Positions 29,701-37,900 of a stretch of 42,077 nt of DNA are shown here, in pieces. A model generated the notes under the pieces. It was given only the letters and a program-made list of their open reading frames with translations, was not told where the DNA came from and did no database searches. The position numbers were made by a program, and so were the translations under genes. The stretch spans positions 1 to 42,077 of the IMG/VR virus record IMGVR_UViG_3300043447_000048. One strand, given 5' to 3'. Numbering within the stretch: position 1 is the first letter of the stretch; the number at the start of each line of letters is the position of its first letter. The DNA comes from a virus (Duplodnaviria > Caudoviricetes).

Positions 29701-32700
29701 GTTTACAAAACCAACTGAAGAAGAGTTATTAAAGTATGGTACAAATGGTCTTGCTTTTTATGATGTTGTAAATGGTAAGATTACAGCCATGCAAGTTAAA
29801 GTTGCATTACAAGGTGACTTCATAAAGCTTCTTGCATTAACTCATACAGATGGTAATAAAATACTTACTAGAGAAAGACTTAATGAAATGCTTAAAGACA
29901 GTACATGGAAAGAACGCAATGGTGATGCTATCAAAATGATGGGTGTGCGTATTCCGGTACAAGGTCTTAACTCTATTGAATACATGGAGATTGCAGAGTT
30001 TTTACCTACAGAAGCTGGTAGTATTGTTATTGTTCCTACTGAGTTGGTTGCTAAATCAGGTGGTGACTTTGATATTGATAAGTTAAGTATACTAATGCCA
30101 AACATTAGTATTACTACTGATGAATTACTTATATTAGAAGAAGAAAGTGGTTTAGATCTTTCAGATGCTATTAATTTTCAAGCTGGTGTAACAGCTGATG
30201 ATACTAATATAAGAAATATTGAGAATGAAATACTTAAGTCTATGATTGGAATCATGGAGCTTAAGGAAAACTTCTTGCAACTTATTACACCTAACGAAAC
30301 GGATATTGTTAAACCAATTGCTGATGAGTTAGCTCAGTTTAATAGAGAGTATGATGCTAGAAAAAAGACAGCTAACCAGGATCCATCATTTAAAACTATA
30401 TCTCCTACTAGAATATTTGAAACAGAGTATAATCTTTATAAGCATGAATCTAATAATATTGGTAAAATAACATTAGGTATTGGTGCTGTATCAAACAAGT
30501 ACTCAGTTATCTTAAACCGTGTAGGTGCATACTTAAATCAAACATACACCTTCCTTGATAATAAAGGAAAGAAAAAGACTGCTAAGAACCGCATACTTCT
30601 TAAACATAATAAATCTGATAAGAAGATCTCTTTGTCAGATTTAAAATCAGAGGATGCTGCGCATTACATTTCAGATGTAATCTCTCAGCTTATGAACGGT
30701 TGGGTGGATATTGAAAAAGATGCATGGGTGTTTGATATGAATGCTATCTATGAGTTATCACCAGTATTGCTGTACATGTTACAGGCTGGTGTTAATGTAG
30801 AGACTGCTGCTTATTTCTTATCTCAACCAATGATCCGGGATTATATCTCTACCTATAGAGTATTAACTGGCATGTATAGTAAAGCTTTAGATACAACTGA
30901 AGATAGTGGTAAAGGTGCTGGATTCTTAAAGTACAAAGCAAAGAATTATATTATTAATAAGTATGGTATTTTTGATGCAGATCATAAAGCACAACTTAAA
31001 AAATTAATAAAAGATCCTTTCTTACTTAAACAGTTATATCAAGCCAATGCTGCAAAAAATCCATTAGGTGGTAGAAAATCTATAACTCCTGCTGTAGATA
31101 TCATAGTTAAAGCATATAATGTATTTGCTTTATCTGATAAGAATGTAAAAGACATAGTAAAAAATTATGATACTAAGAGTCCTTTAGCTAAATTATCATT
31201 CTTACATTTCTTAGAGATAGAAGATCAATCTAAAGTAATGAGAGAGATCTCTTCTTCTACTAACGTAGATACAAAGAAGTCAGGTAACTTATTTCAGGCT
31301 AAGAGTAGAATTAGTAAAATAGAAGATTTAGAGGGTGGTGCTAGACTACCAGAAGAAATTGTAGAGAAGATACAAGAGCAATCATCTATTGCACCATTCT
31401 TTATTCAGGACTATATCTTAAATCTATTTAAAGATTATTTCCCATTAAGAGCTAGTGATAAAATAAATGGTTACTTAACTTATATTATTAATAATAACTA
31501 CAATGATATCTATGAAGCCTATGGTGATATAGAAAAGTTTGTAGAGTTATTTAGAAACGATCTATTGCAGTTTATTATACAGAATAGTATTGGTAGTGTA
31601 AACATTAATACTGTTAAAGATTATAAAGGATATAGTATTAATGATTCGGTTACTGTAGAAAAAGTAAGAGGTCTTAGAAGAAGTGCTGTTTACTTAGATG
31701 GTGTTATATACATTGACAGAGCTAAACTACGTGATGAATATAATAAGAAAACTTATTCTAAAGCAGCATATGAAGAAACTGGCTTAGCTAAATTACCGGG
31801 AGATAGGCGCACTGATGTGATTCCTTTGTTTACTTCTGAAAAGCAATATGCCGCATTTGTACTTGAAAGAGAATACTTAAGAGGTACAAGAGAGCAAGGT
31901 GACTTAGCTGATGATTTGTATGAGAGTTCTTTAGTTGATGATGCTTTAGCAAATACTTATAATCTTAAAACTATGTTCTTTGGAAATAATAGTTTTCCAG
32001 ATAAGTATGAAGCTATAAAATCTATTATAGGAGAAGATAAGTATTTATTATTCAATTACTTAGTCTATGATTCACAAGCTATTAAAACAGCTGGTAAAAA
32101 CACGGTTATTAAAAACTTGCGTTTAACTGGTGATGTTAAAGATCCTGATTTCTTAGAATCTTTAAATGCAGAGTTTGAAGAGTTATCAGATGTAACAGTA
32201 AATAAAGTTTCTGATCCTGTACTTAATAGAGAAATATCAGAGTTCTTCCAAAAACTATCTATATATGGATTTATGCAATCTGGTATGAATGCATCATACT
32301 TATCATTTGTACCAATTCTTTCTAGTAATAACTTTAAAGATATTATTAAAACTAATATTGATGAGTTTAGTAAAGTAATTAATGGTGAGAATGGTGATAT
32401 AGCATTTTTTAAATACTATGATGTATTTCAAAAACAAAACTCTAGAAAGAACAATATCAAGTACAGATTTAAGAACTATGTTATAGATAGTGTTATTAGT
32501 AAAATGGGAGATCCGGTTCCAAAACTTCCTGAAGGAACATCTAGTACTATGACTCCTAGAGTGTATACATTTAAATATAATAAGATGGGTACTATTGGTT
32601 TTATAAACAAATATGCTGGACTTATTGGTGTATACAATGGTGCTAAAGATGGTAGCGGTACTAATGTTATTAGTTCTGATACTTACATGGGTAATACAAA

Positions 32701-33205
32701 TAAAGTAACTGGTACAACTATACCATTACCAATATTTGAATCTTATACTGGTAAGCCTACATATTTAAATTCAGCAAACAATGCGGATAACATTAAACTT
32801 GTAAGAGACAGTATCTCTCAACTTGTAGAAATGTATGAAGCGGGTAAGACATTGTTATTTAATCAAGAGGGTTATGGTATCACTACAGATGATATTAATG
32901 TAGATGTTGCTGCATATATTGAGTTATCTAAAGAATTATACTATAACTTTGGATATTTAAATCCTGTTTTTGCAGAAGATCCTGACTTTATGGAGTATAT
33001 TTATTCTGTACAACCTATCAATCAAATCTTTGATGAAGATCCAGAAACGGCTCCTGATCAAGAAGATGATATTGTAGAAGAAGTAGAGATTACTTTAATT
33101 GATGGTAATAATTATCCTGCATCAGCTATCAACTCAGAAATGTTAGAAAACATGGGTTATGATGAAGATACAATTGGTGAAATATTAAAACAAATTTGTG
33201 GCTAA
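23780..33205 (+). CDS. Virion-packaged single-chain double-psi-beta-barrel RNA polymerase (crAss-like) with N-terminal zincin domain
   Basis: 3141 aa. Catalytic-loop motif GGDFDIDK (DFDID at 30065-30079) is preceded by GVRIPVQG (R at 29948); DGQGWIT and HKFSLMPL are present. HEAWH (25856-25870) with downstream EEYLAEDF marks the zincin. Confidence 0.92.
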   Translation: MNCSLSLPQQQQFYAKVFKDLSVITDNKTSYDLKNYINDFYEQVVAASNDAALGLTYVQLLPRIVGTIINKNPNIRKHFRDNNISTDDVLDLRDSFEDIINVEKYIQVKELTADKLEQIRKKAGIVSSQLEKASQTDEDLDFQAKHSSGLNTTGQEEEVDADGEFTGEADQDPEKIVTFAFIRSIIDRLEKQNLENANSMTIEASNGTVVKGIYMIPVTTYTKSGSAITQLTFATLTKDGYKKLFVNERGNITNVEGEDQAEGSLNPIIDFITPNTINGKRDFIFTGTGETSLAPIDELVERVIKNAALNNLEIPDGAVLKKQFEEKRAQEVKLVDKFIRTYISDKTQVLPLSIIGGNSGFSLMADPGTRLSEIKIPGTLDIEFGKNGRTYIRVGKYGNKIQVFPEKTSSELAQNIAKLLADTKVSTAIKFGILEKIYNINDDNFNVTYDNTQKKPVMVIYSGKDEVYNSENPELTDEGFITDVLAGVYINISKENIDGSIQLPDYTSGKLVKRNTPYNTFITRNSKVFVALRNDGSIKFFNPSLQYEFTVDALEQMYPTEKKDEPVVEEETKEAKPKAKAKPKTVVKNQNVNTTPSGFKGNIDTTLIDEINKSLKRAGFETVNSTPEQIEEIKSWYSSLEVMVDGEKVKLSTLIPVKEAFALTNSDALGTFTSSGITLFTKAGNKDYTTLYHEAWHAFSQLLLTKEQKQELYNSVRKGVKSLANATDKQVEEYLAEDFRGYVLSEGKKILVPANENIFQKLWRIIKTFFTGQTDIVDPTVVPLVKQLYDNLRLGNLFEYQYSVDNMQFGKLYRGIDPLNEEEAGISLADSILINESIDGAFSEIIESSGLNVSAIYTDPRALNFLYASTKDYFQQILDETIARVENDPEGTDTVDRNNIRILEYAINNFGDFNNVLKGTEKNGVIVYHRQKSKYLAFEAKVLDAEEDKSDPGIDSFDRTGNDKSLKELASKQALYMVKSLYQVNSKGEPIKNRLGFNKLVDFSKAWSTVSKTLINSTSFDEVYTKLIELQASFPEAAQLLVKLGDPSQSQTSNANFKRWLGFTQTFNKTVVPIIEQRISIQDAVEDEPRKISTLIQRATSDTNKIANTFRSKFLVNRGKYVIRKKGSLPILNINKVLEDFPSVNKYNVLKFLKAVGFYLDDNKTLVNALENSILDRKSKDTFIQYDYMIEALEKAKENKVIISDPIRFFRDPKLGNQSGTVSKLLTLQARYSASDFNTSIMNPEGNMEYETQQRNSLTQIIDGLNKITNIDQMIDDPEFEHLSVYHPSINPYSKHSYIIKSLFDEAGNRRKDVVLSLENLSGVRSDRNGITVEGIKTNKLNKYDKFLFDVHAIILGATPELPRHASKSSSFGIYMSKYYSENGTDGLILSIKDTARYGHEAAMPMILNYLSAELERIWYVNNIDSLQTVDSLKKSGNKIVGFDSVLTKATKDKLYKLVEDANSIDDITYSEELEKDIFKDSLAYFSGQIKNNYKIWTKISSVMNSVLLSPEIRSKIAEETRINRGLDKGNKFANDSQAQLELVNQVFTYNSWFNNYETQLFYGDASQFNNDKEEFHKRNASIASTGEFSILDDYTTNYLNATSNNTYAASIGLGKPIFKSDVNTTVLNDAEPNSVYYDHYKKILLDQGVSESRVETILKPYKGIKEGDGQGWITFDFYRNFLRSLNKWSDAQEELYNQVINDPDSVDPKKVSEFFPVLKASYYGPLKTEKLNVSGLHKFSLMPLVPSVIKGTNLEQFHKQLLEQNIGYALYKSGSKISTITLEDGTIPNMYTDLEKRELYTGQYAINPINLNFFKNQLDIAPYFKNKVTLASQLRTIIETNLYEKGKAITKEADVAVKRYEKSIDNYVKYYKQKLFKEVGLEFNASGKLVKGDPKDLIKAIQKELIRLEVPEHQMDILDLNEDGTLKYDFDSIINSNAIEKQLVAIIERKIVRPTVKGEQLVQVSSSGFEKPRFTKPTEEELLKYGTNGLAFYDVVNGKITAMQVKVALQGDFIKLLALTHTDGNKILTRERLNEMLKDSTWKERNGDAIKMMGVRIPVQGLNSIEYMEIAEFLPTEAGSIVIVPTELVAKSGGDFDIDKLSILMPNISITTDELLILEEESGLDLSDAINFQAGVTADDTNIRNIENEILKSMIGIMELKENFLQLITPNETDIVKPIADELAQFNREYDARKKTANQDPSFKTISPTRIFETEYNLYKHESNNIGKITLGIGAVSNKYSVILNRVGAYLNQTYTFLDNKGKKKTAKNRILLKHNKSDKKISLSDLKSEDAAHYISDVISQLMNGWVDIEKDAWVFDMNAIYELSPVLLYMLQAGVNVETAAYFLSQPMIRDYISTYRVLTGMYSKALDTTEDSGKGAGFLKYKAKNYIINKYGIFDADHKAQLKKLIKDPFLLKQLYQANAAKNPLGGRKSITPAVDIIVKAYNVFALSDKNVKDIVKNYDTKSPLAKLSFLHFLEIEDQSKVMREISSSTNVDTKKSGNLFQAKSRISKIEDLEGGARLPEEIVEKIQEQSSIAPFFIQDYILNLFKDYFPLRASDKINGYLTYIINNNYNDIYEAYGDIEKFVELFRNDLLQFIIQNSIGSVNINTVKDYKGYSINDSVTVEKVRGLRRSAVYLDGVIYIDRAKLRDEYNKKTYSKAAYEETGLAKLPGDRRTDVIPLFTSEKQYAAFVLEREYLRGTREQGDLADDLYESSLVDDALANTYNLKTMFFGNNSFPDKYEAIKSIIGEDKYLLFNYLVYDSQAIKTAGKNTVIKNLRLTGDVKDPDFLESLNAEFEELSDVTVNKVSDPVLNREISEFFQKLSIYGFMQSGMNASYLSFVPILSSNNFKDIIKTNIDEFSKVINGENGDIAFFKYYDVFQKQNSRKNNIKYRFKNYVIDSVISKMGDPVPKLPEGTSSTMTPRVYTFKYNKMGTIGFINKYAGLIGVYNGAKDGSGTNVISSDTYMGNTNKVTGTTIPLPIFESYTGKPTYLNSANNADNIKLVRDSISQLVEMYEAGKTLLFNQEGYGITTDDINVDVAAYIELSKELYYNFGYLNPVFAEDPDFMEYIYSVQPINQIFDEDPETAPDQEDDIVEEVEITLIDGNNYPASAINSEMLENMGYDEDTIGEILKQICG

Positions 33206-34956
33206 TGGCAACATGTCCTATAAAATCAGATCCTAACTTTCAGAGGTTAGAACAAATACAAGGTACAAAGATGGCTACTTATCTATGGGATAAGTTTGAA
33301 GGTGATCCTCCAGCTACTGTATATAGTAATGTAGTAAATAGAAAAAGTAAATCTGTACCGTTAAATCCTAAACTAACTGCAGGAACTAATAAAATATTAT
33401 TAGATTTTGTACAGGCTTTAAATATTAAAGTTGAAGGTGGTAATGCAGCCGAAGCAATACTTAGTAATGTTAAAGGTAATCCTTTAGCTGGTTTTGATTT
33501 ATTACAAAAATATATGGCCATCAGAGATGGTGGAGAAGAAATAGTTCCTAAACAGGTTGCTAATGTTCTACTAAGTTTCTTAGGTAAGAAAAGTGAACTA
33601 TATAATAATTTATGGTTTAATATTAAAAGCTGGTCTAAATATAAAGAACTATATAAATCATATAGAGAAAAACTAGAGGGTACTACAGAATTAGAGGATA
33701 TCCTTACTAAAGAAAATTTAGATAAAGATAGTGATCTACCAGCCTATCTTGTTGATATGTATGCAGATAGTAATTTTAATTTTACTGCACATAAACAAGT
33801 AGTAATTGATTTTATTACAGAAGGACTTACTAACTTTTATGGTAGAGACTTAAATGATTTCATCAGAAGTGAGAGAGGTAACCCAGATGTAGATAAAGCC
33901 TATTTTCAGAAAAGAGGATTTAAATATAATCCTTATGATAAAGAAAGCAGTATCTTAAAAAAGTTATGGTATAAGCTTAATGATTTTTTCTTATCCCTAT
34001 TTAGAAATAAATTTGATAAACTAAATCAAAAAGAGTTAGAAGACCGTGTATTAGATTTAGTAGATGATATCTATAAGGGTAATTATAAAGCTTTTACACG
34101 TGGTGTTGAAAGAGTTGGAGATTCTCTACTAGTACCTGATAAAAGTAATCCGGAGAAGTTTAACCAATTAGAGATTAAGAAATACCAGCAGACATTATCT
34201 AAAGATGCTAAAGCTAAATCAATTATAGATTTTATGCTTAATAATCCGGATATGGGTTATAAGCTCAGTGGTTCTATGGTTCTTAGATACTACGGTACTG
34301 TATATAGAGCACTAGATGAAGATATCCATGATATTGATGGTGTAATAGAATTAAAAACTATTCAGTCTGAAAAAAATTATGATGAGCTTTATGGTTGGTT
34401 ACATCATAAAGGAATATATATTAAAGATCAAAAAGAGTTTACCGCTAAGATTAAAGAATTTATAGAAGATCAAAACTGGTATAAATCTTTTACTGAAAAA
34501 TATCCGACCTTTGAAATGACCAATGCTTTTATTGGTAAAGATCATAAAGCTAACCAAGAGACAGTGACTGTACAAGGTGTTATACCTATTTTAGATGATG
34601 CTGGTAATAAACAGTATGATGATAAAGGTAATCTTATAGCATATACATTTGATTTCTTTGTACGTACTGCAGAAGGTAATTATCCAGAAATATTTGATAA
34701 CTACTTTAAAGACTGGAAACAGATCTTTGAAGCTAAAATTAAAATGGGTAGATCAAAAGATATAGTAGATTTAATTTACTATGATCCTTTTATAGATAAT
34801 AAATTTAAATTTACAAACGCAGGATATAGATATTTCTCCTTTGCTGATGGTTCTACAGCTTTTAATGCTGATGAAAATGCAGAGCCAGTTAATACATATG
34901 CCCCTATAGGATATCCTGAAGTTCAAGATGAAACATACAATAGTTGCAAATTATGA
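33205..34956 (+). CDS. Pol-beta-superfamily nucleotidyltransferase (AbiEii/MenT-like) fused to a degenerate zincin-like N-terminal domain
   Basis: 583 aa from ATG 33205 (TAATG overlap with the RNAP stop). Motifs LSGSMVLRYYG...HDIDGVI (hGS...DxD), a third acidic strand FDFFV, and C-terminal AKIKMGRSKDIVDL (K...RxKDxxD). Confidence 0.7.
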   Translation: MATCPIKSDPNFQRLEQIQGTKMATYLWDKFEGDPPATVYSNVVNRKSKSVPLNPKLTAGTNKILLDFVQALNIKVEGGNAAEAILSNVKGNPLAGFDLLQKYMAIRDGGEEIVPKQVANVLLSFLGKKSELYNNLWFNIKSWSKYKELYKSYREKLEGTTELEDILTKENLDKDSDLPAYLVDMYADSNFNFTAHKQVVIDFITEGLTNFYGRDLNDFIRSERGNPDVDKAYFQKRGFKYNPYDKESSILKKLWYKLNDFFLSLFRNKFDKLNQKELEDRVLDLVDDIYKGNYKAFTRGVERVGDSLLVPDKSNPEKFNQLEIKKYQQTLSKDAKAKSIIDFMLNNPDMGYKLSGSMVLRYYGTVYRALDEDIHDIDGVIELKTIQSEKNYDELYGWLHHKGIYIKDQKEFTAKIKEFIEDQNWYKSFTEKYPTFEMTNAFIGKDHKANQETVTVQGVIPILDDAGNKQYDDKGNLIAYTFDFFVRTAEGNYPEIFDNYFKDWKQIFEAKIKMGRSKDIVDLIYYDPFIDNKFKFTNAGYRYFSFADGSTAFNADENAEPVNTYAPIGYPEVQDETYNSCKL

Positions 34957-37900
34957 GTAAGTGTAGATTAGATATACAGAATGACGTATTAAAAACGTAT
35001 AAGAAAGCTTTAGCTAAAGAGGTTGGTCAATTCCTATCTCCAACTGATAGTTTAAATACGTTTTATGTAAATACCGGAGGTAATACACAAGCAGGAGCAG
35101 CATCTATTTCAAAAGCTGTATTAGGATTAAATGAATATTGGAGAACTAACATGGCTGAGTTTATTACTTGGGATGGTGATGCCAGAGTATTTGTTAATCC
35201 TCCTAAGTATGTTATTGATCATTATTGGGAAGAATATAAAAAGAATAATAATATAACTGAAGAAAGCCCGGACTATTACCGTATTGCTGATGAAGACTTT
35301 TTAAATAGTTTATTTCCTTCTGTAGAATCACAAGAGAATGTTAAAGCTCAAGAGATAGCAACTAAGTTTGCTAATAATCTAGCGTCTCAGACAGGTATTA
35401 ACTACAAAATGATATCTGCTATTCAAGCAGCTGAGCTTACAAAAGATACAACTGCTCCCTGGAATGGTGAGCCAGCTTTTTATTATCAAGATACAGTATA
35501 CTTTATTGAGAATGGATTTAAATTAAATCAGGTATTGCATGAATATGCGCACCCAATTGTTAGAAGTTTATACTTAAACAATTATGATTTATTTAATAAT
35601 CTATATAATCAGATTATTAGTACTGAAGAAGGTACTGCAATTGTAAATACAGTTACTGAATTATATCCTGAATATAATATAACTGATCCAAACTTTGCAC
35701 AGGAAGTATTTGTAAGAGCTTTAGAACAAGCAGCGGTACAGAAAGCTAATAAGATATCTTCTACTACAGGCTTTAATTCTTTTATCTCTAACTTATTATT
35801 TGCTATTAAGCAGTTAATAAGAAAAGTATTTGGTAAAGGTATAAAGATTGAGAAGCTAGATGTAAATACCACATTAGACCAATTAGCAAACATGCTAGTT
35901 AGTGAGAACTTTATTCTTACAACTGAAGTAATTACTCCAGAAGATTTAGTTCTTTACTCAAAGAATAATAAAACTCTTTATGCTGATTTAGATAAAGTAG
36001 ATACTGATGCACTTGTACAAGTAGTTAACAGATTTTTTTCTAATTCTAAATCTCAATTAAGCCGGATCAGAACTAATCAAAACTACTCCGATTTTGTAGA
36101 TACCATTACAACTGAGTCTGGACGTTCTATACTTAAAGATATTGTAGACAACTTACGTGTTGCTGAAACTACTACAGTAGATGATAAAGTAAAGAAGTTT
36201 AAAGACGATGTAGATAAAAGAGAGAAGCAAGTTGTTTCACTTGTAAGAAGCTCTATACAGACTGATGTATTATTAGATAGAATAGTTGATAAACTATTTG
36301 AGATGCAAAGTATGTCTGATACAAAAGAGGTTATTAATCAGACTTTCTATTATGATATCTTATTACGTAACTGGAACAAGTTCATACAAGAGACCATTAA
36401 TGGTTTAACTGATTCCGGATTGCGCACAGATAGTTCTTTATTTGCATTATTCTCTAGAATGGCTAAGAAAGCAGAACAATCAGAAAGACTTATTAATAAT
36501 ATTTACAAGAAAGGCATTGGTGGAGTATTGACAGAACAGATAGAGCCATTAGCTAAAAACGTAGATAAATACTTTACTGATAAGCTTGAGATTCTTAAAT
36601 CTAAGAATGCATCTGCAAAAGAAATAAAGAAGGTACAGGATGAATGGGATAGATTAAAACTAAACCGTGCTACTATTGATGATTACTTATCCGGTATGCG
36701 TGGTGATGTTAATGCTTTATCTGCATACGTAGAAGCATTTGCCAGTTCACCAGATCCTATTATATCAAGCTTCTCTGTATTTCTAGATAACGCTTATACA
36801 GATGTAGAACTGAAGGCTAAGAAGAATAAAGATGATTTCTTGAATGATCTTCTACCAGCATTAAAAGAGGCTGGATACTCTGATAAGAATATCTCTGAGT
36901 TAATGTCAGAACTAACTTTTGAAGAAGAGGTTATTATTCGTGATAGAGATGGTAATGCTAAAACCTTTAAAAAGTTAGTATTACTTAATCCATTTAAAGC
37001 TTTTGAAAAAGTTATTACTCAGTTCCAATTTGATATTGAAGATGCCAAAAGGGTTGGTGATATAGAAAAAGCTAGATTACTTAACAAACAGTTCAGACAA
37101 TTCTCTCGTGATTATATGCATGATCAGTTTGTACCTGAATTCTATACTAAAGAAAAGATCTATGATTCTGAGTTAGGTTCTATTATCTATCAGAGAAAGC
37201 AAGATATCTTAGCTGATATTGCTGATATAGATCAGAGAGTATTTGAAGATCTTACAGAAGAAGATGCTTTTGAAGAAAAGAAGATACTTTGGAAGAAGTA
37301 TAGTCAGTTAGCTTCTCTACGTGATGAAGCCGGTAAATTAAAAACTGGTGATGAGTTAGAGATGGCCAAGATAGAAAAACAGTATAGAGAAGAATCTAGA
37401 AAGTTCTATGAGTGGAAAGAAATAACTGGTCTGTTTGAGTTTAAATTAAATCAATTTAAGCAAGACTTATTAGACCAAGGTCTTACTGTAGATTCTGAAG
37501 AGTTTAAAGATAATGTCAATGACTGGATAGATGCCAATACAAGAGTTTCTATTAAGTCAGATTTCTATGATAAGAAGCAAGCTATCTTAACAAAGATTAA
37601 AGCTATCACTGATACACTTCCTGCAAACGTTGCTAGTAAAGTTGAGCAAGGAAAATTATGGGAAGAGCTAATTGATATTGTTATTGGTTTTAGAGATGAT
37701 GATGGTCAGCCTGTAGGATCAGAGATGTCTGAAGAAAGACTTAAGCGTGTTAAAGAACTTCAGGAAGAGATTTTAAAGATTAAAGATAACATGGCCACAT
37801 TCAGTGGTTTGAGTAAACTACAGTTTGAAAGATATCTAGAACTTGCAAAATTAATTAAGAGCAAAAAAGCTAGTATAAAAGATAAAGAAGAGTTTAAAGA

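Noticed and set aside
23780-33205. Intein, intron or split in the RNAP gene
   Set aside because: One continuous ORF; no internal Cys, and no convincing intein splice junction or homing-endonuclease motif was seen.
33196-34952. ORF-track starts at 33196 and 34944 (TTG)
   Set aside because: ATG codons at 33205 (TAATG) and 34953 (ATGA) overlap the upstream stops in the coupling style used elsewhere in the window.
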